A stretch of DNA of 63,895 nt, filler included, from Pelomyxa schiedti (taxonomy: Eukaryota; Protista; Evosea), in NCBI GenBank assembly GCA_020536535.1. It is 20 parts of 20 records of this genome, joined end to end, with 100 filler letters (N's around TTAATTAATTAA, not from the genome) between each part and the next. Parts side by side here need not be neighbours in the genome. Positions count along the whole stretch, not along the records: positions 33,975 to 35,877 come from JAHLWZ010002215.1; positions 35,978 to 37,580 come from JAHLWZ010002392.1; positions 37,681 to 44,088 come from JAHLWZ010000320.1; positions 44,189 to 47,005 come from JAHLWZ010001876.1; 16 more parts are not named here. One strand, given 5' to 3'. Made by a program: the position numbers and the translations under genes. A model generated the notes under the pieces. It was not told the DNA's origin and made no database searches. It was given only the letters and a program-made list of their open reading frames with translations. The stretch's first letter is position 1. Each line of letters opens with the position of its first letter. Positions 33,984 to 44,734 of the stretch are shown here, piece after piece.

Positions 33984-35667
33984 ATGACAGCACAAATGGG
34001 TTATCCCATAACTGCGACTGCGGCACGGCAGCACCTGGCCAACACCCTCACGATGTCTCTGGTCTCATCTTTTAAAATGCCGATGTCGACGACACCAACG
34101 CTTCCCACAATTGGCGATCAACAGCACCACAGCCAGGCTCAACAAAATGGAAATCATCCTCAGGGTGACGATACCGTGGTGTTTAACTACAACTACAGTG
34201 AAGAGGTGATTATGGGCGTGGAAGCTTGCCTGGGAGCTCTGTTCGAGACCGTGAGGTACAATGGCGAGCGAGGAATGCCCTGTGACACGTACTGGGCACC
34301 GTCAATCGATCCAGCTCTGTGGGACATATTCAGGGAGAGCGCCGAGGCATCTGCGGATTATGGGACAGCCGGTAGAGTTGCCCTCTGCGGCGGCCAATAC
34401 CTTGTTGCAAAACCAAGAACAAATGTCACAAGTATGTTACATATCCCATTCCATAATTTATTTGTGCATTAATGAATGTAATTTGTTTATTATTTGGGGT
34501 TATTGAGGAAAATTTTTATTATTAGTATAGCACACAAGGAACTTAAATGTTTTTTAGGTGGAGAACAACCACGATACATCAGGCTGGTGCTACTCTCTCT
34601 TACCCAAACACCGGAAAAGGAGTGGTACTCCTTCATGTTGTATGAGTGGTCCGCTGTTCAACACTGCTTTGCTCACTTCGGCATCGTTTATAGTATCATT
34701 CCAGCACGTATTTATTCGTTGTCTCACAGTCCTTATCAAAGGGGTTCCAAAGATGCAATCGCCGTGCCCTGTCGCCATTCCTGCTGCCTCGCCGATCCTT
34801 TCAGGCCTCTCCTTCACACCGGAAAGCTTTTGGGCTGCTATGTCACAGGGAACCGCGTCCAAAATAGCGTGGATCAGTGTCATCCAGCATGTAAAAGAAG
34901 CATTCCACGCTGATCTATCTTCCTGGGGGAACCTCAATGGTACTAATCAACCAATAATGTTGTAGTTTATTAATGATTCTCAGTTTGTGATTATGGAGAT
35001 TGTATCTCACAAAAACGTTGGATGCAAATTTGTGCCTTACTCTCTTCACCGGTTGAAGAATTCCAGATTGGGCAACAGGCCATTGATGAGTTGGCTTCAT
35101 TGTATGTCCAAAATTTTTTTTTCTTTCCAATCTTACGAACGCAAAAGAGGATCGAACTTTGGTTTCCTTGGGAGAAAGGAGGCTGAAGCACTTCTGCTTG
35201 AAAAACCTACAAAAGGAATGCTTATTAGATTCAGTGATTCGTCAGATGGTCTGTGTGCTGCCTCGATTAACACTGGCCTGGTATTTCTGAACTTTACTTT
35301 TCCCAATTTTCTTACACTCACCAAAGGGCGTGTTCCATTTGAGACTATGCCGGAGATGGCCTGGTGAAACCGGAACCTGGATGGACTGCAAAGGTATGCC
35401 AAATTCGTATCATAGTTCATTCCCAATCTCACAATTGCACAGGCGTTGTTGCGTATAAACCAATGAGAAGACATGAAAGGGCCGGCTGGTATGTTGTTCA
35501 TAAGGAAAATGAGCAACAACAGCCCGGACTGGAACCTGCTGATTCCCTCAAGCAACTTGTTGAAGTATCTCTTGTCAGATTCCTTGGTGTTTGGTTACAC
35601 TCACGCTGCTGATTGTGGAAACATACATCACTGTGCCATATGTATACATGTATACACTCCAATTTGA
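33984..35667 (+). CDS. SH2-domain protein, STAT-like (multi-exon; ends approximate)
   Basis: NFGFLGRKEAEALLLEKPTKGMLIRFSDSSDG matches the STAT SH2 consensus GFxxKxxAxxLL...GxFLLRFSDSxxG. Confidence 0.7.
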
Positions 35668-36607
35668 TCAAACAATAAATGAAGAATTTTTTGTTTCCTT
35701 TGGTCTTTTTTGTATTTAGCTTTGCTGTTGGAACCAGGGGAGTTGTGGAAGAAAAAACAAGCCAGTTAGTTATCCAAGCATTTTTTGTGGGTTCAAGGAG
35801 TATTTTTACGCAAGTCAGAGGGGCATAGGCGTGAGTGTGCGTCAAAGTAGTCAGTGACCTCGATGCGGAGGGTGAAGNNNNNNNNNNNNNNNNNNNNNNN
35901 NNNNNNNNNNNNNNNNNNNNNTTAATTAATTAANNNNNNNNNNNNNNNNNNNNNNNNNNNNNNNNNNNNNNNNNNNNAAATAGCAGGCCCAAGTGACAGA
36001 GTTTACTGGGCATTTGAAGTTGTCAAGTTAACGCCAGGTGCATGTCAGGTTTGTTGTGGTTGTATTTGTAGTCGTTTTTGTTGCAGTTGCTTTTGTTGTT
36101 GTTGATGGGGGTGGCTGTGGTTGTGGCTGTTGCTGCTGTTGTAGTTGTTGTGGTGGTGGGCGAGGGGGCACCAGTTACACTGATGACAGGTGCTGATGGT
36201 TTATTGTCGGTTTTGCGCTTTGTCTTAAAGAAAGACCACATCACCGCTGGTAAAAAACCAACTGAACAACTTTCCTTTGTGATGATTCATTTCGCGGAAC
36301 AAGCCAAGTGACGGATCAGAGATCAGTCTTCTGAAACGAAAAGTGGTGCTACGGCGCCGTTGGCTGCGCGTAGTGCGTCGGCTCGGTTCATGTCCGGTGT
36401 TGCATGGAGTTGTTGTCATTGAGATAACGAGGTAGTTGGTGAGGAATGTGCGTTGTAGGTTGATATTTGGTGTTCAGTGTTCGTTGTTCTGTGACAGTGC
36501 AGTTGTGTACTCCTTGAGTGTGCCAATGTACCCTTTGGTGCATTTTTTTTTTTCGAATTTATGTGTAATGTTAATTCGGAATTAACATGCAATAGCATTT
36601 TCTGGCT

Positions 36608-37580
36608 ATGAGCATCACGGACCTCTTCTCCTCTTCTCTGCATAACTCTGGTTTCGAGTTTGTAGTTACCATCCAAACCAGCAGCGCTGGCAAGGTTTGT
36701 GTTCTTGCTACATTCACTTTTATTCACAAGTCCCACAGATTTTTTCACACATTGTTGTTCAGCCCGATCCAGTGGAATGGGATAAGTGTGAATTTCATTT
36801 TCCTATGATGAAACAGCATCCAGTCACAGCCTTTAATTGTCGCGTGAGTTTTCTTTCAAATTACATATCAGCTGGGTGTTTTGTGCCTGTGTACCACAAA
36901 ACGCCACATCTTCCTGATTCTGCTTGTGGGTGAACCCTTCTTCAACTTCATTTTTCTTTTTTTAACATCATTGTAGTTGACAACCACAACAAGTACGTTA
37001 CGATGGTGAAACCGGGTGCGTGTGGCAATGCGAAGGCCTTTAAAGTTGGACTTGAATATAGACCTAGTATGGTACACAACTACCGCTTCAGCTATCACAA
37101 TGTCGACTGGGTGAACCAGTTGCGGAGGTACTACTACAGCTTTGTCGTACTAATATTCTTCCAAAAAAACCAAAAACACAAGATGTGCGGCACGTTATGC
37201 CGTTGACCATCGGCAAGTGGACAACAAAGTGTTCCTGGTCGTTTTTGTTGTGGGGAACACACCAAGCCCAACTGTTATATTGTGCCGTCAATCACTGTCG
37301 AATTAGTATGAGGGAGTTTGTGAAGGCAGTATGTTATTGCTTGTGTTTGTAATTTCTTTCTTACATCTTGACCCCAGGTTGTCACAGTTATTGCTTCCAA
37401 GTTTATTTGTCCAATGATTCTTTTACTGGACCCTTTCTCTCTATTCAATGTCAGGCTCTGTTATTGAAGCCAGTGCAGATTACACCAGATAATTGCTATC
37501 ACAGGTTTAAGGTGTCCATTTCTTTCCATGCCCATTGCAAAAACAGAGGGAAAGTACAGCATTGTATGCTTTGCTGGTTG
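36608..37580 (+). CDS. Multi-exon hypothetical protein; weak resemblance to the Sec63/Brr2 C-terminal FN3-like domain
   Basis: KCSWSFLLWGTHQAQLLY...PGCHSYCFQVYLSNDSFTG resembles WWxxxG...LL...pG..yxlxlxSDsYxG. Confidence 0.3.
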
Positions 37581-37710
37581 NNNNNNNNNNNNNNNNNNNN
37601 NNNNNNNNNNNNNNNNNNNNNNNNTTAATTAATTAANNNNNNNNNNNNNNNNNNNNNNNNNNNNNNNNNNNNNNNNNNNNTTGTTCAATAAAAACCTCAT
37701 CCACACACAG

Positions 37711-38273
37711 TACCAGCCGAAGTATCCTCCGTGGATACAATTGTCATTGGAGGGGGTGATGGGGGGTTCGGCGACTATCACACCGACGGGGAGAGCTCCA
37801 TGTTTGGTGGATATGCACAAGCAGCTGGCGGTGGATCATACAATCGCACACCAGCCACAGCAGAACTCGCCGGAAAGGGAGGGCCACTCAGTGCCACAGC
37901 CCAGAAGTGAGCACATCTCTTTCCATTACCCTCAACTCACATCAACCAAAGATACATCCGCCAAAGAAAATACGGGGAAGGTGGCGTACACATGAGCTCC
38001 TCCCCTCCTCAATATGCCGCACCTGGTGCATACACAACAATGGCTGGCATCAGGGTAAGTCGCCCCACATTCCACACCTCTTTTTGACACTCAGAACTCA
38101 ACTTTCTTCTTCCTTGTAACGAGTCTAACCTGTACATAATAATAGGTGACACCAGGGGAGATTGTAAAGATAGTTGTTGGCGCGGGGGGTGAGGGTGGTA
38201 GGGAACAAGGGGCTGCTTCTGGGAGTGGTTACCCGGGCTTGGTTGCTGTCTCTTGGGGTGGAATGATCCTCTG
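37711..38273 (+). CDS. Glycine-rich-domain protein, 3' exons, copy 1
   Basis: Spliced frame absent from the ORF track: VPAEVSSVDTIVIGGGDGG...GESSMFGGYAQAAGGG | ...PGAYTTMAGIR | VTPGEIVKIVVGAGGEGG...GSGYPGLVAVSW. Confidence 0.65.
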
Positions 38274-38400
38274 AGTTTGGTTTGGTTGTAGCATGTAATT
38301 GAAGATTTAAAAAGGATTTGTTTGTGTCCTGGTTTTCCGAGAAGATCTTGTCGATGATTGAGAAAGTGCATACCGTTGAAGACTCTGTCTCTCTCAGAAA

Positions 38401-38476
38401 GCGTCGGAGTTGGTCTAACGCGGTGCACTCAAGATGCATTTCCTTTGGAGCCTGGGTTCGAATCCCAGCCGGCGCA
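38401..38476 (+). pseudogene. tRNA-Leu(CAA) pseudogene or defective allele
   Basis: Identical to 40352-40433 except for a 6-nt deletion (tggcgg) that removes U8/G9 and the 5' strand of the D stem. Confidence 0.85.
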
Positions 38477-38614
38477 TCTTATTCCCAACCTGTTTTTTCG
38501 TCGTTGTTGTGGTTGCTTGCCCGCCTGTTTTGGCAACTCTTTTCACGTGGAGGCGTGTTGCGATGTGGCATCGCCGTGTGTTTTGAAATCCAACAAAACA
38601 AAAAAAAGGCGGGA

Positions 38615-39433
38615 ATGAGTGCGGATTGGTGAGCGTGTTGCGTTTGTTTTTGTTTCCAAACTTACGGAAGTTCTACTACTACATCTTGCTTGGTTCCCAA
38701 CCAGCACCTACGTGTGCAAATTATTAATCATCGGCGAGGCTGGAGTTGGCAAATGTACGCATCGTTGTTTTTTTTTTCTTACTGTATTAAGTACTCTTTC
38801 GTACTCATGACCTTGTAGCCGCTTTGTGCGTTAGATACACTGTATCTGGTTGGTTTATGTGATTTTGTTTTGTTCATGCATTCGGCAGGAGGGTACCTTT
38901 GGGGATGTCGGCAGAATCGGCATTGACTTTGTGTGTATTTGATTTGCGTTGTGGCGTCAGTTTTCGCTAATTTGAGTACTCAACAACAGAAAGTGCACAA
39001 AGTAAGGATAGCTTCAACGAACCTCAAGCTGCAACTTGTTGTGTAACGCCTTTTACCACACTCAATCTAATATTTTGATAACAGTGGGATACTGCAGGTG
39101 AAGAAAGGTACTCTGTCCATACCCTTTAAAAAAATTTATATTATAACTTAATAGGTTATACTCAGGTTCAGATCCCTCAATGCAAATTGTATGCACCTCC
39201 CTATTTGTTGCTAAGGTGATATTTGTTTTATAGATTACCGCGGAGCTGCCGGGATTTTCATTGTATTGTGAGTAATCCACGTCTCACCGCTCATTAATTT
39301 ATCTCCACTTCCCAGTGATGTGACTTGCCAGCGCTCGTTTGAGCGTTGCCGTGATTGGGCAAAGGAAGCTATATCCCATGTACCAGATGCATGCCGAATT
39401 CTCATTGGAAACAAAGTGAGGGTTTTTTTGGGA
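38615..39433 (+). CDS. Rab GTPase, copy 1 (cut by N gap after GNK)
   Basis: Same exons as 40572-41740 up to ILIGNK. Confidence 0.85.
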
Positions 39434-39563
39434 NNNNNNNNNNNNNNNNNNNNNNNNNNNNNNNNNNNNNNNNNNNNNNNNNNNNNNNNNNNNNNNNNNN
39501 NNNNNNNNNNNNNNNNNNNNNNNNNNNNNNNNNTTGTTCAATAAAAACCTCATCCACACACAG

Positions 39564-40127
39564 TACCAGCCGAAGTATCCTCCGTGGATACAATTGTCAT
39601 TGGAGGGGGTGATGGGGGGTTCGGCGACTATCACACCGACGGGGAGAGCTCCATATTTGGTGGATATGCACAAGCAGCTGGCGGTGGATCATACAATCGC
39701 ACACCAGCCACTGCAGAACTCGCCGGAAAGGGCGGGCCACTCAGTGCCACAGCCCAGAAGTGAGCACATCTCTTTCCATTACCCTCAACTCACATCAACC
39801 AAAGATACATCCGCCAAAGGAAATACGGGGAAGGTGGAGTACACATGAGCTCCTCCCCTCCTCAATATGCCGCACCTGGTGCATACACAACAATGGCTGG
39901 CATCAGGGTAAGTCGCCCCACATTCCACACCTCTTTTTGACACTCAGAACTCAACCTTCTTCTTCCTTGTAACGAGTCTAACCTGTACATAAAAATAGGT
40001 GACACCAGGGGAGATTGTAAAGATAGTTGTTGGCGCGGGGGGCGAGGGTGGTAGGGAACAAGGGGCTGCTTCTGGGAGTGGTTACCCGGGCTTGGTTGCT
40101 GTCTCTTGGGGTGGAATGATCCTCTGA
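39564..40127 (+). CDS. Glycine-rich-domain protein, 3' exons, copy 2
   Basis: Near-identical to 37711-38273. Confidence 0.65.
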
Positions 40128-40351
40128 GTTTGGTTTGGCAGTAGAATGTAATTGAAGATTTAAAAAGGATTTGTTTGAAGTTATGGCACCCGCATTCCAG
40201 ATCTATTGGCATAGGCCTGGATGTAGTAAACGCCCGGGTGTCATTGCATTCACAGCGCTCGACGCTCACAACGACGTTCCTGGTTTTCCGAGAAGATCTT
40301 GTCGATCATGGAGAAAGTGCAAACCGTTGAAGACTCTGTCTCTCTCAGAAA

Positions 40352-40433
40352 GCGTCGGTGGCGGAGTTGGTCTAACGCGGTGCACTCAAGATGCATTTCC
40401 TTTGGAGCCTGGGTTCGAATCCCAGCCGGCGCA
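40352..40433 (+). tRNA. tRNA-Leu(CAA)
   Basis: Acceptor GCGTCGG/CCGGCGC + A73; D arm GCG-GAGTTGGTCTAA-CGC; anticodon arm GTGCA-CTCAAGA-TGCAT; variable arm TCC-TTT-GGA; T arm CTGGG-TTCGAAT-CCCAG. Confidence 0.95.
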
Positions 40434-40571
40434 TCTTATTCCCAACCCGTTTTTTCGTCGTTGTTGTGGTAGCTTGCCCGCCTGTTTTGGCAACTCTTTT
40501 CACGTGGAGGCGTGTTGCGATGTAGCATCGCCGTGTGTTTTGAAATCCAACAAAACAAAAAAAAGGCGGGA

Positions 40572-41740
40572 ATGAGTGCGGATTGGTGAGCGTGTTGCGT
40601 TTGTTTTTGTTTCCAAACTCACGGAAGTTCTACTACTACATCTTGCTTGGTTCCCAACCAGCACCTACGTGTGCAAATTATTAATCATCGGCGAGGCTGG
40701 AGTTGGCAAATGTACGCATCGTTGTTTTTTTTTCTTACTGTATTAAGTACTCTTTCGTACTCATGACCTTTTAGCCGCTTTGTGCGTTAGATACACTGTA
40801 TCTGGTTGGTTTATGTGATTTTGTTTTGTTCATGCATTCGGCAGGAGGGTACCTTTGGGGATTTCGGCAGAATCGGCATTGACTTTGTGTGTATTTGATT
40901 TGCGTTGTGGCGTCAGTTTTCGCTAATTTTTGAGTACTCAACAACAGAAAGTGCACAAAGTAAGGATAGCCTCAACGAACCTCAAGCTGCAACTTGTTGT
41001 GTAACACTTTTTACCACACTCAATCTAATATTTTGATAACAGTGGGATACTGCAGGTGAAGAAAGGTACTCTGTCCATACCCTTTAAAAAAAATTTATAT
41101 TATAACTTAATAGGTTATACTCAGGTTCAGATCCCTCAATGCAAATTGTATGCACCTTCCTATTTGTTGCTAAGGTGATATTTGTTTTATAGATTACCGC
41201 GGAGCTGCCGGGATTTTCATTGTATTGTGAGTAATCCACGCCTCACCGCTCATTAATTTATCTCCACTTCTCAGTGATGTGACTTGCCAGCGCTCGTTTG
41301 AGCGTTGCCGTGATTGGGCAAAGGAAGCTATATCCCATGTACCAGATGCATGCCGAATTCTCATTGGAAACAAAGTGAGGGTTTTTTTGGGACTTCAACT
41401 CTCTTATCTTATTTTGCAGAGTGACTTGGAGAGCCAAAGAGTCATACCAATGGAAATGGCGCAAAAACTGGGTGAGGAATTCCAGATGCCCTACATGTGT
41501 GCACATATTTCTTCTTCCTCTTGTTGTTTCACACCCCATGCATCATTCCACCAATACACAACGGTCCATATTAGACAATTCCTCACCGCACCAAACAGAG
41601 AGTGTTCCGCTAAGAACGGAAACAACGTCGAGTCAGCATTCACACAAATGGCAACCACAATCGTTGACAGAGGAATCCCTCTTCCAATCCAGATAGCCAC
41701 CCCTCCACCCCCAACCACTGCTCCGCAGTATTGTTGCTAA
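40572..41740 (+). CDS. Rab-family small GTPase, 11 exons, divergent
   Basis: Spliced: KLLIIGEAGVGKS...IGIDF...[26 protein letters not shown]...ILIGNKSDL...ECSAKNG, with a C-terminal CC. Confidence 0.93.
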
Positions 41741-42352
41741 TCCGATGGGAGTCTCTCTACAAGTATCTCTCGCCCAACCCTGACTGACTCTTGCCCATTT
41801 CGTTCCTTGTTGTGATGTACTGCCTTACCTTTGGAAAGAAAGAACAACTTTTTTCTTTTCATTCCTTGTTGCGGAAGGGAACGAAAAGAAAAAAGCCGTA
41901 GATCTACTTCCAAAAGCAGATACGAAAATCAAGTAAGAATGATCTTCTTCTCTGATGTTACCTTCCCAGAAAGAAAAGCCGGCTCAACCCGCAATTGCCT
42001 CGAGGATGAAAACTACGGTTATTTTTATTTTCTGGATAAGATCGAAGAAGCACTACTTCCGCACCCAGAAAAAAAAAATAAAAACCGATCGAAACAACAC
42101 AGCACCGCACACAAAACAAAAAGACAAGACAATGACACCGATATACGTTTTGCTCCTCGTAGCGCTTATTTTTTGCTGCATGACCTTGGTACCTGCCCGA
42201 TATCGTTTTCTTTTTCNNNNNNNNNNNNNNNNNNNNNNNNNNNNNNNNNNNNNNNNNNNNNNNNNNNNNNNNNNNNNNNNNNNNNNNNNNNNNNNNNNNN
42301 NNNNNNNNNNNNNNNNAACACAGCACCGCACACAAAACAAAAAGACAAGACA

Positions 42353-42770
42353 ATGACACCGATATACGTTTTGCTCCTCGTAGCGCTTATTTTTTGCTGC
42401 ATGACCTTGGTACCTGCCCGATATCGTTTTCTTTTTCCCCCTCTTTTCCGACGTATTATTAAACAAAAACCAGGTCGATGCACGCGTTTCGCGCCTAGTC
42501 CCCCGAGCGATGACCGCCCGGCAAATGTCGATCTCGCGGCAGATGTCCCGTCTCACCAACAGGCAAGCCGTAAACAGGCAGGCGAAGACCGGGCTTGTTT
42601 CCAGGCAGGCCAAGTCCATTTCGAGGCAGATGAAGGCGAGGCTCGTTTCCAGGCAGGCCAAGTCCATTTCGAGGCAGACGAAGGCCAGGCTTGTTTCCAG
42701 GCAGGCGATTTCCAGGCAGGTGCAGAACAGGTTGATGAGTAGGCAAGTCAGGTCTATGAACAGGGCTTGA
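42353..42770 (+). CDS. Secreted cationic (S/N)RQ-repeat protein, 117 aa, two exons (42353-42409, 42474-42770)
   Basis: Hydrophobic leader MTPIYVLLLVALIFCCMTL joined by a 64-nt phase-0 GT-AG intron to VDARVSRL..., in frame with ORF 42510-42770. Confidence 0.75.
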
Positions 42771-42915
42771 GCCGACCCTTCTTCCGTAACCATCACCATG
42801 CCTAGTTGCATGTTTATAACCCTACCCTTTAAGTGAAAGTGAAAAGAACTGTTGTTTTAGACTGTGTCGCGTGTTGTTGCAATTTCTTTTTCGTTCTTTG
42901 TCTGGCTATTACCTG

Positions 42916-44028
42916 TTAGAGCACAGAACGAAGCCTGTGATTTGGTAACAGGGTGATGGTGGCGATGCAAATGCCTGAGAGGCAATCAGACACAGTGACA
43001 ACTTGTGCTCCTGTGTGTTGTTGCACTAAGAGGTCGTGTTTGAAGTACAGTGACGATGGAGCAGAAAAGGAGCGCTCAACGAGGGCTGCAGAGACGTGTA
43101 TCTGACGAACTTCACTGTGGTTGTCATGATGAGCAGAACAATGATTCAAGTCATGCACTGTGAAGTGCTGTCCGGCTTCGGCATCGATGGCAAAGAGAGT
43201 CCCACCAAGGTGTGAAACTTGGGAATCAACTGGAATATTGCTGACCACCACTTCACTTGTGGAGTACTTGACAATGAACCCGGGGCAAGGGAATTCCCTC
43301 AAGCGGCCAAAGGCGTATACATCCTGACCGGAATTCCAGAGCTGCTGAGGCGCCTTGATAAGCGGGAGTGACTTGGAGCCCACACAGCAAATTCTTCCAG
43401 ACAAGCAAGAAGCAGGCAGGTCCACAATATCAACGGTCCATTGCGCGTTGAAGGCATTCAAGTACACCATTGACAGCAGCCCCTCTCCAACAAGCCTAAT
43501 CGTGTACAGAAGATCCCTATCTAGGCTAAACTCTACCGGGGGCCCAACATCCCCCCCAGACTCACAGTATCTCGCCACATTCCACACCAGCAAAGTATCC
43601 CGAGGCAGCAACTGCAAAACCACCAAGTTTCCCTCGCACAGATACTCATCACCAGGCATCACGCCACCCCTCAGCATCACAGGCTCCCACTTCCCTCTGA
43701 TATCCACAATCCTCAGCCACATAGCACCTCTTGCCACTTCCTGTGCATCACTCGACGAGTGACTCCACCAAGAACCTGCTGGCTGCGGGATTCCCATTGT
43801 TCCGATGATGGGATTCCACAGCAGGGTGCAAGGACGAGGACGAAGAGGAGGAGTTTCCGACGAATCCAACAAAGTAAGCCCAGTTGTAGTAGACCAAGGG
43901 AGTCGTGACGAGGCCGAGGGTGGGCGACACGTCGAGGACGACGAGGGTCGACGAGGGGCCGGAGCCGGCGGGAAGGTAGTCGGCGGGGGTGATGAGCCAC
44001 AGCGAGACGCGATTGTGGGAGGGGACAA
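42916..44028 (-). CDS. Expanded lineage-specific family member (5' end uncertain or frameshifted)
   Basis: VDIVDLPASCLSG...VSHLGGTLFAI...TVHDLN...VTVSDCLSGICIATI. Confidence 0.7.
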   Translation of the reverse strand: MSPPTIASRCGSSPPPTTFPPAPAPRRPSSSSTCRPPSASSRLPWSTTTGLTLLDSSETPPLRPRPCTLLWNPIIGTMGIPQPAGSWWSHSSSDAQEVARGAMWLRIVDIRGKWEPVMLRGGVMPGDEYLCEGNLVVLQLLPRDTLLVWNVARYCESGGDVGPPVEFSLDRDLLYTIRLVGEGLLSMVYLNAFNAQWTVDIVDLPASCLSGRICCVGSKSLPLIKAPQQLWNSGQDVYAFGRLREFPCPGFIVKYSTSEVVVSNIPVDSQVSHLGGTLFAIDAEAGQHFTVHDLNHCSAHHDNHSEVRQIHVSAALVERSFSAPSSLYFKHDLLVQQHTGAQVVTVSDCLSGICIATITLLPNHRLRSVL

Positions 44029-44188
44029 CGACCCACTCGCGGCCGAGGAGGGAAAGCAGCGAAGGCGTGAGCGAAGAAACGGGGGACGNNNNNNNNNNNN
44101 NNNNNNNNNNNNNNNNNNNNNNNNNNNNNNNNTTAATTAATTAANNNNNNNNNNNNNNNNNNNNNNNNNNNNNNNNNNNNNNNNNNNN

Positions 44189-44413
44189 CAGGCCCTCAAC
44201 ACTTTGCCAGTTCCAAGGACAGCAGCACGGCCCATTGTCATCACCCCACCCCCACCCCCTCCTCTCACTGCCTCTGTGGCACCCCTCCATGAGGTGCACA
44301 GGCAGGGCGAACATACACCCCTCCCCACAGGGTGTGTGTTCGTCCCTCTCAACCCGCCTTGTGTATTTGTGCATCCCCCCCAAAGGGTGCAAAATACAGA
44401 ATGGCGGGTGTAA
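44189..44413 (+). CDS. C-terminal end of a second, oppositely oriented copy of the Sola-like ORF (5'-partial)
   Basis: 44189-44244 is the exact reverse complement of 45447-45502 (QALNTLPVPRTAARPIVIT) and diverges afterwards. Confidence 0.55.
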   Translation, partial: QALNTLPVPRTAARPIVITPPPPPPLTASVAPLHEVHRQGEHTPLPTGCVFVPLNPPCVFVHPPQRVQNTEWRV

Positions 44414-44734
44414 TACACCCTCCCCCACAGGGTGTTCACCTCCCCCCTCCTCCTCAGAAGATATGCATCCTTCCTCAGAATGCATATATATCCACCGGAG
44501 CAATCCCGCACCCTTCCAAAGGGAGGGAGTTGCAAGGTGGCCTGTATAGTACAAGTAAGTAAGTGCGGTGTGTGATAGAGGTTTATATTTCCGGGTAACC
44601 CGGAATTACTATGATTACAGTAATAATAATAGCGGCGTGAATAGTAGTGGTAGTAGTAATATATGTTGGTGATATTATTATATTAGGAGTAGAAGTAGTA
44701 GCCGGCGAATAGTAAGTAGTAGTAGAAGTCCTCT

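Noticed and set aside
40177-40290. Possible snRNA, SRP or tRNA-Sec-like RNA (gcctggatg, tgtagta, cattgcattc)
   Set aside because: Only short motif echoes; I could not build a consistent fold or find an Sm site. An Infernal/Rfam search would settle it.
40352-40433. tRNA read as a Sec/opal suppressor because 'tca' occurs in the loop
   Set aside because: Stem pairing fixes the loop as CTCAAGA, giving anticodon CAA. The 7-bp acceptor and A73 fit tRNA-Leu.
42097-42436. Duplicated signal-peptide exon on both sides of an N gap (similarly 1178-1204 vs 1305-1331)
   Set aside because: An exact overlap flanking a scaffold gap is a typical unmerged-contig artefact.
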